NCBI GenBank assembly: GCA_028708035.1
Contig: JAQVZU010000001.1
Span: 3,275-67,274, forward strand
DNA: 64,000 nucleotides
Source of the DNA: Alphaproteobacteria bacterium
GTDB taxonomy: Bacteria > Pseudomonadota > Alphaproteobacteria > UBA9219
Direction: 5' to 3'
In this document: positions 59,246 through 64,000 of the stretch, in pieces
Numbering within the stretch: the first letter of the stretch is position 1
Layout of the letters: the number at the start of each line of letters is the position of its first letter
Position numbers and translations under genes: made by a program
The notes under the pieces: model-generated
What the model was told of the DNA's origin: nothing
The model's input: the letters and a program-made list of their open reading frames with translations, nothing else
The model's database searches: none

Positions 59246-59965
59246 CTATGTGTCTCTCTTTTTATTCAAAACGTATCGTTCCCACAAGTCCGGACGCCGC
59301 TCTCGCGTTATCTTTTCAGCCTCGGCGCGTCGCCAAGTCCGGACATTTTCGTGATGCCCCGAGATCAAGACCTCCGGCACCTCCGCGCCCTTCCACAGGG
59401 CAGGGCGCGTGTAATGGGGGTACTCCAGCAACCCCTCGGAAAAACTCTCTTCCTCAATCGTCGCAGCATTGCCCAAAACGCCAGGCAAGAGCCGCACGCA
59501 AGCCTCAATCAGCGCCATTGCGGCAACTTCGCCGCCTGCCAGAACGAAATCACCGAGGCTAACTTCCTCCAGCCCCTGCGCCTCGATCACGCGCTGGTCT
59601 ACACCTTCGTATCTGCCGCAAACCAGCAGCAGAGACTTTTCATTCGCCAGTTCGGAAACCAGTTTCTGGTTCAGAACCTTTCCGCGCGGCGAGAGATAGA
59701 TCTTGCGGGAAGCTTTGCCGAATTTCATTTCGGCTCCCGCAATGGCTTCATCCAAAACATCCGGACGCATCACCATGCCCGCCCCGCCGCCGTAGGGCGT
59801 ATCGTCCACAGAGGCGTGCTTATCGCGCGCAAATGAACGAATGTCCAGTGTTTCCAGACGCCATAGCCCATCTTTTAATGCTTTGCCGGGTAGCGAGATG
59901 CCCAAAATCCCGGGAAAAGCCTCGGGGAAAAGGGTTAAAACGGCAACGTGCCAGCTCATATCCAA
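59246..59965 (-). CDS. trmD: tRNA (guanine37-N1)-methyltransferase
   Basis: SPOUT fold, 239 aa, conserved YGGGAGMVM motif. Confidence 0.9.
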   Translation of the reverse strand: MDMSWHVAVLTLFPEAFPGILGISLPGKALKDGLWRLETLDIRSFARDKHASVDDTPYGGGAGMVMRPDVLDEAIAGAEMKFGKASRKIYLSPRGKVLNQKLVSELANEKSLLLVCGRYEGVDQRVIEAQGLEEVSLGDFVLAGGEVAAMALIEACVRLLPGVLGNAATIEEESFSEGLLEYPHYTRPALWKGAEVPEVLISGHHENVRTWRRAEAEKITRERRPDLWERYVLNKKRDT

Positions 59966-60462
59966 TCCTCTGGCACGACAATAACCATTTTCCCAGCCTT
60001 AACATCGATGGTCGGAACAAAGGCATCCTTGAAGGGAAGCATGAAGCTGTCCTTCTTCGTCTGCCCGATCTCAAGGAATGTTCCTCCGCCAAAGTCGAAA
60101 ACGCCCAAGACCGAGCCGTAGTTCTTGCCTTCCGCATCGATGGCTTTAAGTCCGATAAGATCGGCCTCGTAAAACTCGTTCTTGCGTGTTTTTGGCAGAA
60201 GGCTGTGCGGAATGAAGATTTTGTCTCCGCGCAACTGATCCGCCGCTTCCTTGTTTTCGATGCCCTCGACGGAAACAATGAACATATCCTTGACTGCGGA
60301 TTTTGGGGCAATCTTAAAAGTCCGCTTGCCGTCCTCTCCGATTAAGGGCGCATAGTCAAAAATTGCCTCCTGCTCCGCCGTAAAGCTGCGCAGCTTGACA
60401 AGCCCGCGAACGCCATGAGCTCCGGCAAACTGCCCTACGCATATTTTAGGCCCAGTAGACAA
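59956..60462 (-). CDS. rimM: ribosome maturation factor RimM
   Basis: [10 protein letters not shown] N-terminal beta-barrel motif and PRC barrel C-terminus; operon position between rpsP and trmD. Confidence 0.85.
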   Translation of the reverse strand: MSTGPKICVGQFAGAHGVRGLVKLRSFTAEQEAIFDYAPLIGEDGKRTFKIAPKSAVKDMFIVSVEGIENKEAADQLRGDKIFIPHSLLPKTRKNEFYEADLIGLKAIDAEGKNYGSVLGVFDFGGGTFLEIGQTKKDSFMLPFKDAFVPTIDVKAGKMVIVVPEDWI

Positions 60463-60510
60463 GTGTGCCCTCGGAAATCCCCGGCCATTGAGGGCCGGGA
60501 TTAAACAGCA

Positions 60511-60885
60511 TTAAGCTGCGGGCGTTTCTGCCGGAGCGGCCTCTGCTGCCTTTGCGGCTTCGGCGGCGGCTTTCAGGCGTTCCTGCGTCTTTGCGCGCGG
60601 AGCGGACTTCTTGGGCGATTCGCGCCATGTGATTTTCGGTCCAAGGCCAGCGGTATGCAAAAAGCGTGCGACGCGCTCGCTCGGCTGAGCGCCGACGGAA
60701 AGCCAGTGCTTGATGCGCTCTTCGACCAGAACGACGCGCTTGGGGTCTTCCTTGGCAAGCATCGGGTTATAGGTGCCTACCTTCTCAAGGTAGCGTCCGT
60801 CGCGCGGACAGCGGCTGTCAGCCGCGACGATGTGATAGAAGGGGCGCTTTTTCGCGCCATGGCGAGACATGCGTAAAACGAGCAT
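60511..60885 (-). CDS. rpsP: 30S ribosomal protein S16 (with Ala/Lys-rich C-terminal extension)
   Basis: MLVLRMSRHGAKKRPFYHIVAADSR N-terminus. Confidence 0.95.
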   Translation of the reverse strand: MLVLRMSRHGAKKRPFYHIVAADSRCPRDGRYLEKVGTYNPMLAKEDPKRVVLVEERIKHWLSVGAQPSERVARFLHTAGLGPKITWRESPKKSAPRAKTQERLKAAAEAAKAAEAAPAETPAA

Positions 60886-60909
60886 TTAATTTTCTCCTGT
60901 TGTTAACAA

Positions 60910-62268
60910 TTAACCTCTAAATCCGCCGAGCTTCGGAAGCATGGAGCGCATAAAGCCGGATTTGCCCAGCTTCTGAATTTGCCTCATGATCTTTTGAAGT
61001 TCGAGGAATTGCTTAATAAGCCGATTGACATCGGCGACCTCTACGCCCGCGCCTGCCGCGATGCGTCTTTTTCGCGAAGCCTGAAGAAGATCGGCGTTCT
61101 TGCGTTCGGCAGGCGTCATCGACTGGATGATCGCCTCCTGCCGTTTTAAAATTTTTTCGTCGATATTGGCGTCCTTAAGCTTGTCTTTTATTTTCCCGAT
61201 GCCGGGGAGAAGATTCATCATGCCGCCCAAGCCACCCATTCTGCGCATTTGTTGCATCTGCTTGGCGAAATCGTTGAAGTCGAATTTGCCGCCCCCCAGC
61301 ATCTTTTCGGCCATGGACTGAGCTTCGCTCATATCGATAGATGCCGCCGCTTTTTCGACGAGAGAAACGACATCGCCCATGCCCAGAATGCGTCCGGCAA
61401 GCCTGTCTGGGTGATAAGCTTCAAGCGCATCGGTTTTTTCGCCAGTGCCAAGGAATTTGATCGGCTTGCCAGTTACCGCCCGCATGGAGAGCGCAGCGCC
61501 TCCGCGCGCGTCGCCATCGATGCGCGTCAAAAGGATTCCGGTGATGCCGATTTTTTGCTCGAACTGTTGTGCGGTGTTGACGGCGTCTTGCCCTGTCATA
61601 GCATCCACGACAAGAAGGCTTTCATGCGGACCCGTCGTGTCGCGAACGGCGGCGGCTTCATTCATCAATTCGTCGTCGATCGCGAGGCGTCCTGCGGTGT
61701 CCAGAATGACGGCGTCGTAGACTCCTTCGCGGGCGGCTTCCAAGGCTCGTTGCGCGATTTCGACGGGCATTTCTCCGGCAACCACAGGCAGTGAGGCGAC
61801 GCCGATTTGTTCGCCCAAGACCGCCAACTGCTCTTGCGCGGCGGGGCGCTGAACGTCGAGCGAAGCGAGCAGAACTTTCTTGCCTTCTTTGTCTTTAAGA
61901 TGCTTTGCGAGTTTTGCCGCCGTTGTCGTTTTGCCCGATCCTTGCAAGCCGAGCAGCATGATAATTGCGGGGGGCGTGACGGCAAGGTTCAAAGGTTCGG
62001 ACGTCGTGCCCAGAAGCTCGACAAGATTGTCATGCACGATCTTGATGACCTGCTGCCCCGGCGTAACGGAGCGCAGGACTTCCTGGCCCACAGCGCGTTC
62101 TTTCACCTTGGCCGTGAAATCCTTCACGACCGGAAGTGCGACATCAGCCTCCAGAAGCGCAACGCGAACCTCGCGCATCGCTTCGGTAACGTCGGCTTCG
62201 TTCAGAACGCCTCGCCCCGTGAGCCGGTCGAAGATGCCGGTTAGTTTGCTGCTCAGGTTATCGAACAC
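60910..62268 (-). CDS. ffh: signal recognition particle protein Ffh
   Basis: N domain, SRP54-type GTPase G domain (GLQGSGKTTT, DTAGR), Met-rich M domain. Confidence 0.95.
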   Translation of the reverse strand: MFDNLSSKLTGIFDRLTGRGVLNEADVTEAMREVRVALLEADVALPVVKDFTAKVKERAVGQEVLRSVTPGQQVIKIVHDNLVELLGTTSEPLNLAVTPPAIIMLLGLQGSGKTTTAAKLAKHLKDKEGKKVLLASLDVQRPAAQEQLAVLGEQIGVASLPVVAGEMPVEIAQRALEAAREGVYDAVILDTAGRLAIDDELMNEAAAVRDTTGPHESLLVVDAMTGQDAVNTAQQFEQKIGITGILLTRIDGDARGGAALSMRAVTGKPIKFLGTGEKTDALEAYHPDRLAGRILGMGDVVSLVEKAAASIDMSEAQSMAEKMLGGGKFDFNDFAKQMQQMRRMGGLGGMMNLLPGIGKIKDKLKDANIDEKILKRQEAIIQSMTPAERKNADLLQASRKRRIAAGAGVEVADVNRLIKQFLELQKIMRQIQKLGKSGFMRSMLPKLGGFRG

Positions 62269-62557
62269 TGTCGATTATCCTTTTCAATCAAGTAGATGCC
62301 CAAACGCCATCGGGCCTGTGCACGCAACGCGTGGACAGACCTTACGCCCTATAGTTGAGGGCGTATCCGAAGCGGCTTGTCTATTATCCGAAAGACGATT
62401 GCCGCCGCCTTGATGGCTGGAATAAACGAGCTTTTACCAAAAGGCCTGCCAAATGTCAATTTTTCTAATGGAAGAATATGGTAAACCTTAAAAAATATCG
62501 TTTTAGCGGTGTTGCCGGGAATCATGCCTGTTGTGCATTCCTTAAAAATACCTTAAA

Positions 62558-63103
62558 ATGGATCCACGTTTAAGTTGTCCGCGAGGTGAAGAAGTGACTA
62601 CCTTCGATATGTCCCCTGGCCCTGACCAGGGTTTTCAGACAGAGGCCGTCGTCAAGTGGTTTAGTCTGACAAAGGGATTCGGGTTTGTGGCTCCGGCGGA
62701 CGGAACGTCCGACGCCTTCATTCACTCTTCCGTCGTAAGCCGTGCGGGTTTGCGGGATGTCGCAGAAGGAACGAAGCTGCTCGTGCAGATCGGCGACAGC
62801 ATCAAAGGACGCCAAGTCTTGAGCATTGTGCAGGTTTTGGGCGTGACTGAAGTGCCGATGTCGAATGCGCGCCCCGTTCCTACCGGGCCGGAAGTCGAAA
62901 TGACCGGGATGGTCAAGTGGTTCAAGCCAGATAAGGGGTTTGGCTTTGTCACTCCCGACGATGGTGGGCGCGACGTATTCGTTCATCGTACCGTTGTTTT
63001 GCGCGCCGGTCTCCAGACGTTGGAATCGGGCGTGAAAGTTAGGATGATGGTCCAGACGGCTGCAAAGGGCCGGGAAGCTTCCACAGTCGAAGTCATCGAG
63101 TAA
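62558..63103 (+). CDS. tandem cold-shock-domain protein (two CSD repeats)
   Basis: Two copies of the CSD RNP motifs (VKWFSLTKGFGFVAP and VKWFKPDKGFGFVTP, each followed by VFVH). The probable real start is the internal Met at ~62609. A ~290-nt upstream leader is present. Confidence 0.8.
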   Translation: MDPRLSCPRGEEVTTFDMSPGPDQGFQTEAVVKWFSLTKGFGFVAPADGTSDAFIHSSVVSRAGLRDVAEGTKLLVQIGDSIKGRQVLSIVQVLGVTEVPMSNARPVPTGPEVEMTGMVKWFKPDKGFGFVTPDDGGRDVFVHRTVVLRAGLQTLESGVKVRMMVQTAAKGREASTVEVIE

Positions 63104-63143
63104 TCGTCAAGGAAGCGGAAGAATATCCCGCTTTTTATGCGCT

Positions 63144-64000
63144 CTATTTCAGCACGCGCAGCGTCGGCGCAGGAATTTCCGAGGAAGGCGCGTCGATATG
63201 CGCAAAAAAAGCGATAGAAAAAGAAGATTTCCCTCCAGCCGTTGGCTGCATCACGACGTTCATTCCGTATGGTGAAAACTCACAATCCGTAAAAGGCGTT
63301 AAATCGCGCGCCGAAAGCCAAGGAATAAACGAAAGATTGCCTAATTGCGTCGAAAGGGGGCATCCGATCGGGTGCAGGCTATTGGATCTGCTTTGAACCA
63401 GCGCTGATGCTCCCTTGGGGAGAGCGGGCGCTTCGCCCTTGATCTCGACCAAATAGGGTTCGCCGCGCAAAGGCTTCGCCGTCGGGGAAAGTTCGACCCC
63501 GTTAAGCCTATAAATATGTCTCGTAATTGTGGTTCCCTGTGAAAAAGAGTTCGGGTGCGCGTCGATGAATGTTGCGTACAGAGGCTCGGCAGAATTGTTC
63601 CGGAATCCCTTGTCCTTGGCTGGAACCATCGCGACGACGCCCGTTGCTACACGTGTGTCCTGTCCAGCGGCGGTCCGGATTTTCCCTGCAAGGCTGTTGT
63701 TCGATGCAATGGCTTTCAACAGGGCTGCGGCGTCCTTAAGCTCGACCGCTGTTCCGTTTCTTAAATCTTTGCCCATCGCTTCTGTCGCCGCAACAACGTC
63801 ATCCGAGGGCAGGGCGTCGGTAAAAGACAAGGCGTAAAGCATGGAGGTCGTTTTAAGCCTTCCATTTTCGTCAAGCATCTTTTTGATCCAGAACGCGGCG
63901 GCATTTGGATCGCCGATGCGCTTGAAAGCCGCTGCGACCTGCGCTTCCGCCACAGGCGGAAGCTTTTTCGCGGCGCTTGTGTCCGAGAAATAATGGAGGC
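63144..64000 (-). CDS. hypothetical protein, C-terminal part only (reading frame continues past the window end)
   Basis: The frame stays open from 63953 to 64000 on the minus strand; no family recognised. Confidence 0.35.
   Translation of the reverse strand, partial: LHYFSDTSAAKKLPPVAEAQVAAAFKRIGDPNAAAFWIKKMLDENGRLKTTSMLYALSFTDALPSDDVVAATEAMGKDLRNGTAVELKDAAALLKAIASNNSLAGKIRTAAGQDTRVATGVVAMVPAKDKGFRNNSAEPLYATFIDAHPNSFSQGTTITRHIYRLNGVELSPTAKPLRGEPYLVEIKGEAPALPKGASALVQSRSNSLHPIGCPLSTQLGNLSFIPWLSARDLTPFTDCEFSPYGMNVVMQPTAGGKSSFSIAFFAHIDAPSSEIPAPTLRVLK

Noticed and set aside
1-64000. Searched for CRISPR arrays, rRNA genes, transposase/IS elements and retron-like RT genes
   Set aside because: No regularly spaced direct repeats, no rRNA-like conserved blocks, no DDE transposase or reverse-transcriptase motifs were seen. 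The only mobile-element signature is the integrase-tRNA island.

Overview
The window reads as a moderately GC-rich (~55-60%) alphaproteobacterial chromosome with several lower-GC insertions. Core genes: a polyprenyl-phosphate glycosylation module (GT39-like fragment, GT2, GtrA); the holB-tmk-dacC-rlpA block; htpG and dnaK with candidate sigma32 promoters; motB-motA; a parvulin PPIase; lptE-leuS; a truncated dcw cluster (murE-murF-mraY-[dipeptide epimerase]-ftsW, no murD at this locus); rsmE; ftsK; a UbiA prenyltransferase; a GGDEF cyclase; a class III-like PHA synthase plus a distant phasin; argH-ribB-ribH-nusB; a fliL-like gene; the ffh-rpsP-rimM-trmD-rplS operon; a tandem cold-shock-domain protein. 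Accessory content: (i) a tRNA-Ser(GGA)-anchored P4-type integrase island (~7.1-10.8 kb) with decayed AT-rich cargo including a frameshifted HEPN-motif gene; (ii) a Dot/Icm type IVB secretion block, dotD-dotC-dotB-icmT at 17.9-20.8 kb, preceded by a VirB1-like lytic transglycosylase and unknown secreted proteins; (iii) two tandem IcmL/DotI paralogs next to a GcrA-like regulator at 52.0-53.9 kb; (iv) two diverged paralogs (604 and 558 aa) of an undescribed HExxH metalloprotease-like family, one directly downstream of dotB-icmT and one in an AT-rich accessory patch with an XRE regulator. The most interesting reading is a chromosomal Dot/Icm T4BSS with candidate novel effectors in a GC-rich alphaproteobacterium. 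A second is an enolase-superfamily L-Ala-D/L-Glu epimerase translationally coupled to mraY in the slot murD normally occupies. No CRISPR array or rRNA was seen.
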